Source: Legionellaceae bacterium
GTDB taxonomy: Bacteria; Pseudomonadota; Gammaproteobacteria; Legionellales; Legionellaceae
Assembly (NCBI GenBank): GCA_036752465.1
Contig: DAIOSQ010000001.1
Location: forward strand, 1 to 43,135
DNA: 43,135 nt
Reading direction: 5' to 3'
Part shown: positions 8,897-19,469 of the stretch, piece by piece
Layout of the letters: the number at the start of each line of letters is the position of its first letter
How positions within the stretch are numbered: the stretch's first letter is position 1
Position numbers and translations under genes: made by a program
Notes under the pieces: generated by a model
Databases searched by the model: none
What the model was told of the DNA's origin: nothing
What the model saw: only the letters and a program-made list of their open reading frames with translations

Positions 8897-9578
8897 AGTT
8901 ATTATTAAAGCGACAGCTTTGGGTAAATCATACCAAGAGGGTCATACGCACTTGCACGTGCTCAACGGTATTGATTTTGCCATACGCTCTGGCGACAGAA
9001 TTGCTATTCTGGGACCTTCTGGTTCGGGTAAAAGCACCTTGTTACACTTATTAGGTGGGCTAGATAAACCCTCGCAAGGTCAGGTACAGATTTGCGGCAG
9101 TGATTGGCAGGAACTCAGTGAGCGGCAACGTTGCCAGATGCGCAATAAGTTGCTCGGGTTTATTTATCAGTTTCATCATTTGTTGCCAGAGTTTACCGCG
9201 CTGGAGAATGTTGCGATGCCCATATTGTTAGCGGGTGGCACGGTTGTGCAAGCGCAACAGCAGTCTGCCGAGATGTTAACGCGAGTAGGTCTGGAGGCAA
9301 GAATGTTTCACAAACCCTCTGAGTTATCTGGTGGCGAGCGCCAGCGCGTCGCCATCGCTAGGGCGCTGATTCATCGACCAGAATGTGTGTTTGCTGATGA
9401 GCCAACCGGTAATCTGGATCGAGACACAGCGACCAAGGTATTTGATGTGATGGTACAGTTAAACAGTCAACATCATACCGCGCTGGTGATAGTCACCCAT
9501 GACATCAGCTTAGCAAAACAGATGAATCGCGTGCTAACGATAGTGCATGGCAAACTGGTCGAAAGCCCGGGTGTATAA
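8889..9578 (+). CDS. lolD: Lipoprotein-release ABC transporter ATP-binding protein LolD
   Basis: Walker [10 protein letters not shown], signature LSGGERQR, Walker [12 protein letters not shown] chose ATG 8889 (MSKVIIKA...) over the track start 8853 because it overlaps the lolC stop in the usual coupled arrangement. Confidence 0.92.
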   Translation: MSKVIIKATALGKSYQEGHTHLHVLNGIDFAIRSGDRIAILGPSGSGKSTLLHLLGGLDKPSQGQVQICGSDWQELSERQRCQMRNKLLGFIYQFHHLLPEFTALENVAMPILLAGGTVVQAQQQSAEMLTRVGLEARMFHKPSELSGGERQRVAIARALIHRPECVFADEPTGNLDRDTATKVFDVMVQLNSQHHTALVIVTHDISLAKQMNRVLTIVHGKLVESPGV

Positions 9579-9584
9579 GATACG

Positions 9585-10271
9585 ATGAAACAAACCATTG
9601 TCCCGCCACTTAGCGAATTAACACCGTCACTGCATCATTATTACTTACGGCAGATGGGTATTACGGATTGGCGGCGGCGACCAGCGAACGAGCCTGCCGC
9701 GCATGCAACTGTTTTGGGAGCATTGCAGGCTTTGGCGGCAAAGGTTGCGCAGTGTAAGCTCTGCGCATTGTGCGAAACCAGGACACAAACGGTGTTTGCC
9801 AGAGGTAATCCCAACGCCAGGTTGATGATTGTGGGTGAAGTACCTGGGTTGCATGAGGATCAACAAGGGCTACCTTTTGTCGGCAAGGCTGGTCAATTGC
9901 TAGATCGTATGATTCAAAGTTTGGGTTTGACCTTACAAGATGTCTATATTGCGAACGTTTTAAAATGCCGACCACCACAAGACCGCGATCCGCAGGCCTT
10001 AGAAATTGCGCAATGCCGTGCTTATTTAACTGAGCAAATTCAATTGGTTAAGCCAAATTTAATCATCGCAGTAGGGCGTTTCGCCGGGCAGTTCATCACT
10101 GACAGTACGGCAAGCATGACCATGATGAGGCAAACTTTGTATCAGTATCAAGGAATTAAAGCCATTATTAGTTATCACCCAGCCTATTTACTGCGTCATC
10201 CCAAGGACAAAAAAGCAGCCTATCAAGACTGGAGTTTAGCCAAAACTATGTTATCCCCTGAAACAGAATAA
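9585..10271 (+). CDS. Uracil-DNA glycosylase, family 4 (Fe-S type)
   Basis: CKLCALCETRTQTVFARGNPNARLMIVGEVPG ... PFVGKAGQLLDRM ... ANVLKCRPP pattern, typical of family-4 UDG / phage SPO1 polymerase-related proteins. Confidence 0.87.
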   Translation: MKQTIVPPLSELTPSLHHYYLRQMGITDWRRRPANEPAAHATVLGALQALAAKVAQCKLCALCETRTQTVFARGNPNARLMIVGEVPGLHEDQQGLPFVGKAGQLLDRMIQSLGLTLQDVYIANVLKCRPPQDRDPQALEIAQCRAYLTEQIQLVKPNLIIAVGRFAGQFITDSTASMTMMRQTLYQYQGIKAIISYHPAYLLRHPKDKKAAYQDWSLAKTMLSPETE

Positions 10272-11451
10272 CTTGGTTTTTGCCATTTTTTTTGGCGGTG
10301 TATAGCGCTTGGTCTGAAATTGAAATGAGGTGTTCGATGTTGTCAGCATCCTCAGGAAACAAAGCGATGCCTATAGAAACCGTTATCATGATGTGCCGCG
10401 TGGTCTGTGGATGAGCTATTTCCAATAACTCTATGGCCAGACGAATCTCTTCGGCCCTTGTTTGCGCCTGTTGCTCCGTGATATCGCGAAAAAAAATCGC
10501 GAACTCTTCACCTCCCCAGCGTGCTACCAGGTCACTTTGCCGACAATTCACTTGTAATTGTTGGGCAACTGCTTGCAAAACCCGATCGCCCATGCTGTGG
10601 CCATAGGCATCATTGATTTGTTTGAAGCCATCGATGTCCAGCAATAAAATGGCAAAGTGCAGCGATTCACGAGAGGCTTGCTGTATTTCTTTATATACAT
10701 ATTGCTCAAAAAATCTTCTGTTTGCAAGGCCGGTCAGTGAGTCATGCATGGATTGAAGCATTAATTCATCACGCAATTTGATGTTGTATAAACTTAAAGA
10801 GACTTGTTCTACCATGACTTCCAATAGGGAAAGCAATCTTTGGTTGGTTATGTTTTCTACATAAAGTAAACCTAATACCATATTTTGCATATAGAGTGGT
10901 ATACATACCGATTTTTTGACGCGATCGCCGGGTTGATGCAGATGTTGACAGCTGCTCTCTGTTTTGTTGCCATCGATAAGGTATGGTTGCTGTGTGGTCA
11001 ACGCTAGGCACTCATTGACTTGTAGGGATCGTGGTATGTTTTGCAGACGCCCCCATGATATCAGCGGATTTAATTGCTTGGCTTGGTGCTTATCGGGAAC
11101 GTAGATTGCGCAAGCCGTGTTTTTCAGGATTCGTTGGGTAAAACGACCAAACTGCTCCATGGCATGTTCATAGGAAATACTGGTGAGCAGTGCGGTGGTC
11201 AGCTCTTTTAAAAGTTGCAGTTCCTGGTTATGGCGCGTTAAATTTCTGATGGATGTTTGCAGTTTCTTTTTGGAAGCTGCCAGTTTGTACTCAGTTTGTA
11301 GCCGCGCATAGATATGTTTGGCGATAAGACTGGTTAAAATCATGCTAAAAATCAGCATAACCAGACCTAATATCACAAACAATTCAAGTTCTGTGGTGCA
11401 AAGTCCGGCAATGACGTGATTGAGCTGTTTTGTTGCAGAAAAAGTATTCAT
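10246..11451 (-). CDS. Membrane-anchored diguanylate cyclase (TM + GAF-like sensor + GGDEF)
   Basis: 401 aa with an N-terminal TM segment. GGEEF active site (RWGGEEF) and an RxxD I-site (RQSD) five residues upstream. DSLTGLANRR marks the start of the GGDEF domain. Confidence 0.9.
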   Translation of the reverse strand: MNTFSATKQLNHVIAGLCTTELELFVILGLVMLIFSMILTSLIAKHIYARLQTEYKLAASKKKLQTSIRNLTRHNQELQLLKELTTALLTSISYEHAMEQFGRFTQRILKNTACAIYVPDKHQAKQLNPLISWGRLQNIPRSLQVNECLALTTQQPYLIDGNKTESSCQHLHQPGDRVKKSVCIPLYMQNMVLGLLYVENITNQRLLSLLEVMVEQVSLSLYNIKLRDELMLQSMHDSLTGLANRRFFEQYVYKEIQQASRESLHFAILLLDIDGFKQINDAYGHSMGDRVLQAVAQQLQVNCRQSDLVARWGGEEFAIFFRDITEQQAQTRAEEIRLAIELLEIAHPQTTRHIMITVSIGIALFPEDADNIEHLISISDQALYTAKKNGKNQVILFQGIT

Positions 11452-11558
11452 GCAGTTATCTGGTGTGTGCTGGCTCTATCTATACCTTATCATGGCCTGC
11501 GACGCTGGACAAATGACATATGGTGTTATACATTGACCCTTTTATCAACAGGATAAGC

Positions 11559-12359
11559 ATGCGAATTGCCTTGATGGTGGAGTATGATGGGTCGCAGTTC
11601 CATGGTTGGCAGGCGCAAACTGGACTGCGTACAGTACAGCAGGTGTTGCAAGCAGCACTAAGTCAAGTAGCTTGTCATGAGGTCACCGTTGTATGTGCGG
11701 GTCGCACGGACACAGGTGTTCATGCCACGCAACAAATTGTTCATTTTGATTGCACGCAAGAACGTCATATCCGTAGTTGGGTTCATGGGACCAATTCTTT
11801 TTTACCCAAAGATGTTTGTGTCAAGTGGGCCAGGGAAATGCCGGACAATTTTCATGCGCGTTATTCTGCCTTATCGAGAACGTATCGCTATGTGATTTTC
11901 AATGTCTCTATCAGACCGGCGCTATTTCGCGGAAATATGACGTGGCAATATCGACAATTGGATCATCGTTTGATGCAAGATGCGACTCAGTATTTGTTAG
12001 GGGAGCAAGATTTTACATCATTTCGTTCAATAGAGTGCCAATCAAAAACGCCGATGCGCAATGTTCATCATCTCCGGGTGTTACGTAAAGACGATTTGGT
12101 GTTGGTTGATATCAAAGCAAATGCTTTTTTACACCATATGGTGCGCAACATTGTGGGTACTTTGATGGCGGTCGGTAGCGGCAAAAGACCGGTGTCTTGG
12201 GTAGAAGAAGTTTTGCACGCGAAAGATCGTAAATTGGGCGCTGAAACAGCGCCACCATATGGGTTATATATGGTGGGGGTGAGTTATCCGGCTGAGTATA
12301 ATATGCCGATGGAAACTTCCAATCCTATTTTTTTAGCAGGAATAAGCACAGCGAGCTAA
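11559..12359 (+). CDS. truA: tRNA pseudouridine(38-40) synthase TruA
   Basis: MRIALMVEYDGSQFHGWQAQ ... AGRTDTGVHA (catalytic Asp motif). ATG 11559 has an AGGA RBS. The track start 11520 is probably too long. Confidence 0.93.
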   Translation: MRIALMVEYDGSQFHGWQAQTGLRTVQQVLQAALSQVACHEVTVVCAGRTDTGVHATQQIVHFDCTQERHIRSWVHGTNSFLPKDVCVKWAREMPDNFHARYSALSRTYRYVIFNVSIRPALFRGNMTWQYRQLDHRLMQDATQYLLGEQDFTSFRSIECQSKTPMRNVHHLRVLRKDDLVLVDIKANAFLHHMVRNIVGTLMAVGSGKRPVSWVEEVLHAKDRKLGAETAPPYGLYMVGVSYPAEYNMPMETSNPIFLAGISTAS

Positions 12360-12362
12360 TAC

Positions 12363-14027
12363 ATGACGACACATCAAAAGAGTGAAAAAAGAGCCCATTT
12401 TATCAGACAGTTGATAGTAGACGAATTAACTTCCGGGTTGCATCAGCAGGTAGTGACCCGTTTTCCACCAGAACCTAATGGCTACTTGCATGTGGGGCAT
12501 GCAAAGTCGATTTGTCTGAATTTCGGTTTGGCAACCGAGTTTTCTGGGCGATGTTATTTGCGTTTCGATGATACCAATCCTATCAAAGAAGAAGAGGAAT
12601 ATGTGCACGCCATCATAGAGGATGTCAAATGGCTGGGCTTTCAGTGGTCAGATGAAATCAAATACTCATCAGATTATTATCAGCAATTGTACGATTACGC
12701 CATCTTGTTGATTGAACAAGGACTTGCCTATGTCGATAGTCTGAGTATCGCTGAGATACGCAGTTATCGTGGCACGTTACAGGAGCCAGGTCGTGCAAGC
12801 CCTTATCGCGAGCGCAGTATTGCCGAGAATCTGGATTTATTCAAGCGCATGAAAGCTGGCGAGTTTGCTGATGGTGCGCATGTGTTGCGCGCACGTATCG
12901 ATATGCAGGCTGCGAATCTGAATATGCGGGATCCTGTACTGTATCGTATCCGTAAGGTTGCACATCAACGCACCGGTAACAGCTGGTGCATATATCCTAT
13001 GTATGACTATGCGCATCCGATTTCAGATGCGCTGGAGCATATTACCCATTCGCTCTGTACTCTGGAGTTTCAGGATCACCGTCCATTGTACAATTGGTTC
13101 ATTGAGCATCTGCCAGTGCCTGCTAGACCCGTGCAAACTGAATTTGCTCGCTTAAATTTATCGCATACCGTAACCAGCAAGCGTAAATTACGTACCTTGG
13201 TGGAACAGGGTGTGGTGGATGGTTGGAATGACCCGCGCATGCCAACCTTATCTGGTATGCGCAAACGTGGCTATCCTCCCCAAGCTATTCGTGAATTTTG
13301 TGAGATGATTGGTGTTTCCCGCAGCGACTCGATTATTGATGTTGCGTTGCTGGAAGCCTGTGTGCGCGATGCTTTGAATATTACGGCTAAGCGGGCTTTG
13401 TGTGTGTTTGATCCCATTAAAGTGGTGATCGAGAACTATCCGCAAGATCAAATCGAAACGTTAGAGGTTAAATTTCATCCGCTGGACGAGTCGTTGGGTA
13501 GTCGGCAGATGCCTTTTACCCGTGAACTATTGATTGAGCGAGCTGATTTTATGTTAGACGCGCCGAAAGGCTACTTTCGCTTGTCGCCTGGCACGGAGGT
13601 CCGTTTAAGGCATGCTTATGTGATTCGCTGTCATGCAGTGGTTGCTGATGAGCAGGGTCAAGTGGTAGAGTTGAAATGCACATATGATCAGGATACTCTT
13701 GGTAAAAATCCGGTGGACCGCAAAGTCAAAGGGGTTATACACTGGGTCTCTGCGCAATATGCGCATCGGTTGGAAATTGATCAATACGATCGTTTGTTTC
13801 ATGATGCCAATCCACAACGAGAAGAGGATTTTCTCCAATTTCTCAATCATAACTCCAAGTTAACTGTCACTGCTTTTGCCGAGCCTGCCATGGCATCGCA
13901 GGCAGTCGATGAAGTATTTCAATTTGAGCGACAAGGGTATTATTGTGTCAGTGAGGTGCAGCAGGCTACGGTCAGTCGATGTCACCGTGTGGTGGACTTG
14001 AAAGATACTTGGGCCAAACTGAGTTAA
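12363..14027 (+). CDS. glnS: Glutaminyl-tRNA synthetase
   Basis: 554 aa. Class I HIGH (PNGYLHVGHAKS) and KMSKS-type VTSKRKL motifs, with GlnRS-wide resemblance. Confidence 0.97.
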   Translation: MTTHQKSEKRAHFIRQLIVDELTSGLHQQVVTRFPPEPNGYLHVGHAKSICLNFGLATEFSGRCYLRFDDTNPIKEEEEYVHAIIEDVKWLGFQWSDEIKYSSDYYQQLYDYAILLIEQGLAYVDSLSIAEIRSYRGTLQEPGRASPYRERSIAENLDLFKRMKAGEFADGAHVLRARIDMQAANLNMRDPVLYRIRKVAHQRTGNSWCIYPMYDYAHPISDALEHITHSLCTLEFQDHRPLYNWFIEHLPVPARPVQTEFARLNLSHTVTSKRKLRTLVEQGVVDGWNDPRMPTLSGMRKRGYPPQAIREFCEMIGVSRSDSIIDVALLEACVRDALNITAKRALCVFDPIKVVIENYPQDQIETLEVKFHPLDESLGSRQMPFTRELLIERADFMLDAPKGYFRLSPGTEVRLRHAYVIRCHAVVADEQGQVVELKCTYDQDTLGKNPVDRKVKGVIHWVSAQYAHRLEIDQYDRLFHDANPQREEDFLQFLNHNSKLTVTAFAEPAMASQAVDEVFQFERQGYYCVSEVQQATVSRCHRVVDLKDTWAKLS

Positions 14028-14036
14028 GGATTATTT

Positions 14037-15410
14037 ATGTTACACGTGTATAATTCAATGACGCATACTAAGGAACCATTTCAACCGTTGCGACCTGGTA
14101 AAATAGGCTTATATGTCTGTGGCATAACAGTATATGACTTATGTCATTTGGGACATGCGCGCGTTATGGTTGCATTTGATGTGATGGTTCGATTTTTGCG
14201 TGCTGCTGGTTTTGAAGTCACTTACGTGCGCAATATCACGGATATCGATGATAAGATTATCGCCCGAGCGATAGAGCAAGGTGTTGCCATTGACCATCTA
14301 ACTTCAACCTACATCGATGCAATGTATCGCGATGCGGATGCTTTGGGGATTTTGCGCCCGGATATTGAACCGCGTGCAACCCAACACATCACCGAGGTTA
14401 TACAACTGATTCAACAATTGTTCGACAAAGGCTACGCCTATGTTGGCAGCAACGGAGATGTTTACTATCGTGTGGCGCAGTTCACGAATTATGGCAAACT
14501 GTCGCGCAAGGATTTGGATGGTTTAATGGCAGGGGCTAGAGTAGCGGTCGCCCTTGATAAAGATTCACCGCTGGATTTTGTGTTGTGGAAAAGCGCAAAA
14601 GCAGGCGAGCCAAGTTGGCCATCACCCTGGGGGCAGGGACGGCCTGGTTGGCATATTGAGTGCTCTGCCATGGCTTTGGGGCAGTTGGGGCAACCGTTTG
14701 ATATGCACGGTGGTGGTTTGGATTTGCAGTTCCCTCATCATGAAAATGAAATTGCGCAAAGTGAAGCGGCTACCGATAAAACATTCGCCAATTACTGGGT
14801 GCATGTTGGGCTGCTGCAAATCAATCAAGAAAAAATGTCGAAATCGTTGCATAATTTTCTTACCATCCAAGATGTTCTAGACTTATATCATCCAGAGGTT
14901 GTGCGCTATTTTCTTCTCAGTAGCCAGTATCGCAGCTCCTTGAATTACTCAGCGGATACTCTTGATAATGCACATAAATCGCTGGCGCGGTTGTATCAAA
15001 CATTAAAAGATATTGAGGTAACGCCCTGCGAGCTAGACCCGGATTGGCAAGAACAATTTTTTGCAGCGATGTATGATGATTTTAATACCCCAGTTGCTTT
15101 GGCTGTGTTATTTCAACTATCCCATGCGATCAATAAAACCAAGTCAGTTAAGTTGGCATATACCCTCAAGTATTTGGCGGGTATTTTGGGAATCTTACAG
15201 TCAGTGCCTACAATATTTCTACAAGCAGGGTTGCAAGATGCTGAAATAGCCACAATCAATCACTTGGTAGCTGACAGAGATGCCGCACGTTTAGCGAAAA
15301 ACTGGGTCAAAGCCGATGAGATCCGCCAAATGTTGCTGGCAAAAAATGTTGAAATTGAAGATAGCAGCAGTGGGTCTACTTGGCGTATCATTGAAACCAA
15401 TCGGTCTTAA
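14037..15410 (+). CDS. cysS: Cysteinyl-tRNA synthetase
   Basis: 457 aa. HLGHAR (HIGH), KMSKSL, and zinc-site context WHIECS. Confidence 0.97.
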   Translation: MLHVYNSMTHTKEPFQPLRPGKIGLYVCGITVYDLCHLGHARVMVAFDVMVRFLRAAGFEVTYVRNITDIDDKIIARAIEQGVAIDHLTSTYIDAMYRDADALGILRPDIEPRATQHITEVIQLIQQLFDKGYAYVGSNGDVYYRVAQFTNYGKLSRKDLDGLMAGARVAVALDKDSPLDFVLWKSAKAGEPSWPSPWGQGRPGWHIECSAMALGQLGQPFDMHGGGLDLQFPHHENEIAQSEAATDKTFANYWVHVGLLQINQEKMSKSLHNFLTIQDVLDLYHPEVVRYFLLSSQYRSSLNYSADTLDNAHKSLARLYQTLKDIEVTPCELDPDWQEQFFAAMYDDFNTPVALAVLFQLSHAINKTKSVKLAYTLKYLAGILGILQSVPTIFLQAGLQDAEIATINHLVADRDAARLAKNWVKADEIRQMLLAKNVEIEDSSSGSTWRIIETNRS

Positions 15411-15621
15411 TCGTGCAAACGCTTACCTTCCCAGCTCATTCAGTGAAAACACTAGAAATTATTAGAGAACTTAGGCAAAATGATGGAGACTTTTGTTTCG
15501 TGGAAGGTTGATTTTACAGCATAGAGCAGCTTGCTTCGTTATTTCGAGAGCGGCAGCAAATCTTCGTGCGTTAATAAAATGGTGCATGCAGAGTAATACA
15601 CATAAAACATAGGGGATTGTT

Positions 15622-16320
15622 ATGAAAATGAAACAAATTGCAGCCGTTGTCATGGGTTTATCTATGACGTCTGCTTTTGCTGCTGGTATGGTGCTCAGTA
15701 CCGATATAGATAAATTATCTTACAGTATTGGCGCTGATCTGGGACGTAATTTTAAAAAGCAAGATATAGCGGTCAACGCCGATGCTATGGCGCAGGGTAT
15801 CAAAGATGGTGTTGCTGGCGGTGCTTTATTACTAACCGATGACCAAATGAAAGAGGTGATCACCAAGTTTCAAAAAGATTTGATGGCCAAGCGCAGCGCT
15901 GACTTCAACAAAAAAGCTGAAGAAAACAAAGTCAAGGGTGATGAGTTTCTGGCCAAAAACAAAGCTTTGGCAGGGGTAGTGACCTTACCCAGTGGTCTGC
16001 AATATAAGATTATTACGGCTGGCAATGGGCCAAAACCAAGCAAAGATGATACCGTAACCGTAGAATACACAGGAAAGTTATTGAGCGGTGAGGTTTTTGA
16101 CAGCACAGATAAAGCAGGTAAACCGGCTACTTTCAAATTGACGCAAGTGATTCCAGGCTGGACTGAAGCATTACAATTGATGCCCACAGGCTCAACCTGG
16201 GAGTTATATGTTCCGGCGAATTTGGCCTATGGTTCACGCAGTGTCGGTGGTTTAATTGGACCAAATGAAACGTTAATATTCACCGTTCATTTGATTTCTA
16301 AAGAACCTGCCAAAAAATGA
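15622..16320 (+). CDS. mip: Mip-type FKBP peptidyl-prolyl cis-trans isomerase (macrophage infectivity potentiator homologue)
   Basis: 232 aa. Signal peptide [20 protein letters not shown], and [12 protein letters not shown] ... FQKDLMAKR ... [13 protein letters not shown] ... GPNETLIF, closely resembling Legionella Mip as recalled. Confidence 0.93.
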   Translation: MKMKQIAAVVMGLSMTSAFAAGMVLSTDIDKLSYSIGADLGRNFKKQDIAVNADAMAQGIKDGVAGGALLLTDDQMKEVITKFQKDLMAKRSADFNKKAEENKVKGDEFLAKNKALAGVVTLPSGLQYKIITAGNGPKPSKDDTVTVEYTGKLLSGEVFDSTDKAGKPATFKLTQVIPGWTEALQLMPTGSTWELYVPANLAYGSRSVGGLIGPNETLIFTVHLISKEPAKK

Positions 16321-16349
16321 TCCCTTTGGGGGTGGCAGATGATAACTTT

Positions 16350-16384
16350 TTGTCCCGGCCTGTAGCTGCGGGACAAATTTTTTT
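16350..16384 (+). terminator. Rho-independent terminator after mip
   Basis: Stem TTGTCCCG (16350-16357) pairs with CGGGACAA (16369-16376), followed by A + T7 (16378-16384). Confidence 0.8.
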
Positions 16385-16414
16385 GATGTTGAAGTTACTA
16401 CTTGCTTGGTTTTT

Positions 16415-17650
16415 ATGAGCAAAAAGCTATGGCTTGTTTGTATCCTAGGATTTTCTTCCGGGGTGCCTTATGCTCTCATATGCACGACATTACAAGCCTG
16501 GTTTGCACATGCGGGCATGAACATTGTGACCACAGGCATGTTAAGTTTATTGGGATTGCCTTATGTATATCGGCTGCTTTGGGCGCCGGTGGTTGATCGG
16601 TTCACTTTATTTTCCTTCGGTAAGCGCAGAAGTTGGATAGTATCGATGCAGGTACTATTGTTGCTGGGCTTTAATCTGCTCGCTTGCTTGACCCCGCAAG
16701 CGCATGCTCAGACAATGGCCGCGATCGCTTTGGTAATGGCTATATTATCGGCGACTCAAGATATTGCGATAGATGCGCATCGTACCGAATATGTAGCAAG
16801 CGCACAGCATGGATTGGCGGCTTCTGTGGCGGTCTTTGGATATCGGCTTGCCATGTTGCTTGCGGGTGGTGGTGCGATGATTTTTGCTTACTATTGGGGT
16901 TGGCATGTGGCTTATCAGATCTGTGCTTGGATGATGTTACCAGGCATCCTGGTCATCGTCTGGAGCCGTGAGCCGTCTCACCCCTTGATATTGACCCATT
17001 CCGGTTCATGGTCAGGCAGAATCTCTGATTACCGCAATCTATTTGTTGACCCTATGCGTGAACTTTGGCAACGTGACAATATTGTTCCGCTATGTATGTT
17101 TATCTTTCTATATAAATTAGGTGAATCGTTTACAACCACAACCAGCGGTATTTTATTGCCATTTTTAATGGGTGAGCTGGGATTTTCCTTGGCGACGATT
17201 GCTTATATCAATCAGATGGTGGGGTTAGTCGCGATTATTTGCGGTGGTGTGGTCGCAGGCGTGATGTTGTTGCGTTATTCGTTATACCATTTTTTAATGA
17301 TTTGTGGTGTGCTACAAGCAGTGACTAATTTGCTGTTTGCCTGGTTGGCCGTGGTTGGCCAGCAAACCAGCTGCTTGGCTTTAGCCGTGGCATGCGACAA
17401 TTTCATAGGTGGCATGGGAGCAACGGCTTTGGTAGCGTTGATGATGCATTGTGTCAATCAGCAATACACCGGCACACAATTTTCGGTATTTGTCGCCATC
17501 GCCAGTTTGCCACGAGTGCTCTCAGGCCCTCTAGCTGCTGGGCTACAGCAGCTGTTAGGTTGGCGGGGATTGTTTGAGTTTTCGATGCTTTTGGCGCTGC
17601 TGTTTGTCCCCTTTTTAATGCGTTTAAAAGGTGGTTTTGAAAAAAGTTGA
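16415..17650 (+). CDS. ampG: AmpG-family muropeptide MFS permease
   Basis: LGFSSGVPYALICTTLQAWF ... LGLPYVYRLLWAPVVDRF ... GKRRSW ... SATQDIAIDA ... GYRLAMLLAGG match the AmpG pattern. ATG 16415 was chosen (MSKKLW). Confidence 0.9.
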   Translation: MSKKLWLVCILGFSSGVPYALICTTLQAWFAHAGMNIVTTGMLSLLGLPYVYRLLWAPVVDRFTLFSFGKRRSWIVSMQVLLLLGFNLLACLTPQAHAQTMAAIALVMAILSATQDIAIDAHRTEYVASAQHGLAASVAVFGYRLAMLLAGGGAMIFAYYWGWHVAYQICAWMMLPGILVIVWSREPSHPLILTHSGSWSGRISDYRNLFVDPMRELWQRDNIVPLCMFIFLYKLGESFTTTTSGILLPFLMGELGFSLATIAYINQMVGLVAIICGGVVAGVMLLRYSLYHFLMICGVLQAVTNLLFAWLAVVGQQTSCLALAVACDNFIGGMGATALVALMMHCVNQQYTGTQFSVFVAIASLPRVLSGPLAAGLQQLLGWRGLFEFSMLLALLFVPFLMRLKGGFEKS

Positions 17651-17666
17651 GCAATCAAGGTGCGAA

Positions 17667-19382
17667 TTAATGGCTATTGTAGCTTTTATGTGCCGGTGCA
17701 AAACCAAAACTCGCGGTTGTTTTTTCTGCCGCATTTGATGTTGTGCTGGGCAGAAAAAATCCAACAGTGTTGGCGCTTGTAGGCGGTCTGTACACTTCGG
17801 CCATACGATGTCGCTGCCAGTGCATACCAAGGGTTTTTTCTAATGCATGTCGTGCGTTCGGCGACAAAATACCATTTAATCCATTGCTGCTGATGGGTGA
17901 CGTTTCATGGAAGCGTTGCAGTTCAGATTGATATAAAGCAATCATGGCTTCATGCTGTGTTGCAGGTAACGTCCGCAGCATCTCCACGAAAGTGGCGTAG
18001 GAGTCAATGGCTAATAATAGGTTGGCATCTTTGCCTAGACGTTGGACGAGCCTGCCTCGCTGTGCCACTGAGAGTACCGTTAACGCTGCCAAACTTAAAT
18101 CAAAGTATTTTTTGTAGCCTATGATATCAATCAACTCATCCATGTGAGGTTCGATGGTGTCTTCTTGGGCAATGTTTTGTAATGCCTGCTGCAAGCGATG
18201 TTGTAAGATGTTATTCAAAACACGTATACACGCACTGTTTAACTCAACATTAATGAACTCAGGGTCATCGCTATTTCTTAACGCCTCAACCGCATGAAAT
18301 AGTTGGGCTCTCAGGTCGATTTGCGCAGACTCGCGCATGAGAATATGGTGTAATATAGTGGAGAGATCTTGTAAATTTCTTGGTTGGTACATGTTCAATT
18401 GGGTTATATTTGCTCTCTGTTCGATATCATCTAGAACCATTTGATGTACGCGAGATTGCGGTACAGTCAACCCTCCGTTTTCCATGGCACTTTGACGCTG
18501 TTGCGCGAGATACCTGGCTGCACGGCAACGCATGTTTCTTGGCGGTATGGGCAAGGCGATAAAATCTCTATAGCCCAATATTTTAGCCGCACTCAATAAC
18601 AACTGATTAACAAAATACCACACATCGGCAACTGTGGTCCGATAGCCATCGCTGTTCGCTTGCGTAGGATAAAAACTGTATTCCATCAGTTGTGCCAGAA
18701 AGAGGGGATTTTTATATTGTGCTATTGCCAGTTCTGCTTGATTGTCGTTGGTCGCTGCAGTAATCAAGGCAACACAGCATCTTCTTTGTGCTGCGCGTGT
18801 CATCTCGGTAGTTAATGGCCAATCCCCATTGACTTCAATAAACTGCACAACATGCGATCGCTGTGCGGCCGTCAAACGTGATTTCTGGATGCGCAAATTG
18901 GCATCAATGACGCTGCAAACTAGGTTGCTGGAAGGCGCGGTTGGTATGATATTTGCTTGTACCCGATTGGGGAGACTCGGTATATGTATGCGGGGATTGG
19001 TTTGTTGTGCTGCTAGGAGGGCGAGTGGAAAATACGTCAGGTCGATGGGATATGCTTTGGCTGTTTTTTGCAGCGGGATCCAACGAACCTCTGTTGACGT
19101 TAAAAAGGCTCTAAATACTTGATTGACATAATACTTGGGAGAGCTTTCCTCAGCATGCTTATGTTCCAGGAGGGGGATACGAAGCAGATTGCCATCATTA
19201 TCGTTAACAAAAGCGACACATTGCTTCTCTTGTGGGTCATGGGCATACACCGTAGCACCCAGCGGAAATGGGTGCTTGACCCAGTTGTGGCCTGCCAGTT
19301 CGTAATAATCAGTTACGCTGTCGCGATGATCAAAATAAGCCCAATGGCCGGAGGTTTGAACTGGTCCAATTAATTGCCGCAT
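17667..19382 (-). CDS. Hypothetical protein, 571 aa (578 aa from GTG 19403), no domain recognised; candidate secreted effector
   Basis: Long uninterrupted ORF with no TM segment or signal peptide. Its polar S/T/N/A-rich C-terminal tail is PSTTSNAAEKTTASFGFAPAHKSYNSH. ATG 19382 is preferred because a sigma-70-like promoter (19410-19438) would put the transcription start at about GTG 19403. Confidence 0.75.
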   Translation of the reverse strand: MRQLIGPVQTSGHWAYFDHRDSVTDYYELAGHNWVKHPFPLGATVYAHDPQEKQCVAFVNDNDGNLLRIPLLEHKHAEESSPKYYVNQVFRAFLTSTEVRWIPLQKTAKAYPIDLTYFPLALLAAQQTNPRIHIPSLPNRVQANIIPTAPSSNLVCSVIDANLRIQKSRLTAAQRSHVVQFIEVNGDWPLTTEMTRAAQRRCCVALITAATNDNQAELAIAQYKNPLFLAQLMEYSFYPTQANSDGYRTTVADVWYFVNQLLLSAAKILGYRDFIALPIPPRNMRCRAARYLAQQRQSAMENGGLTVPQSRVHQMVLDDIEQRANITQLNMYQPRNLQDLSTILHHILMRESAQIDLRAQLFHAVEALRNSDDPEFINVELNSACIRVLNNILQHRLQQALQNIAQEDTIEPHMDELIDIIGYKKYFDLSLAALTVLSVAQRGRLVQRLGKDANLLLAIDSYATFVEMLRTLPATQHEAMIALYQSELQRFHETSPISSNGLNGILSPNARHALEKTLGMHWQRHRMAEVYRPPTSANTVGFFLPSTTSNAAEKTTASFGFAPAHKSYNSH

Positions 19383-19409
19383 AGTTTCACCCAAAATGTA
19401 CACATGACA

Positions 19410-19438
19410 ATAGTAATCATATGGTCTGCATAAATCAA
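19410..19438 (-). promoter_or_regulatory. Sigma-70-like promoter candidate for the 571-aa orphan gene
   Basis: Minus strand reads TTGATT (19438-19433) - 17 nt - TACTAT (19415-19410), in the 66-nt gap after the rdgC stop. Confidence 0.35.
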
Positions 19439-19469
19439 ACTGAATCTCGCCTAGGCGCGGTGTGCATAG

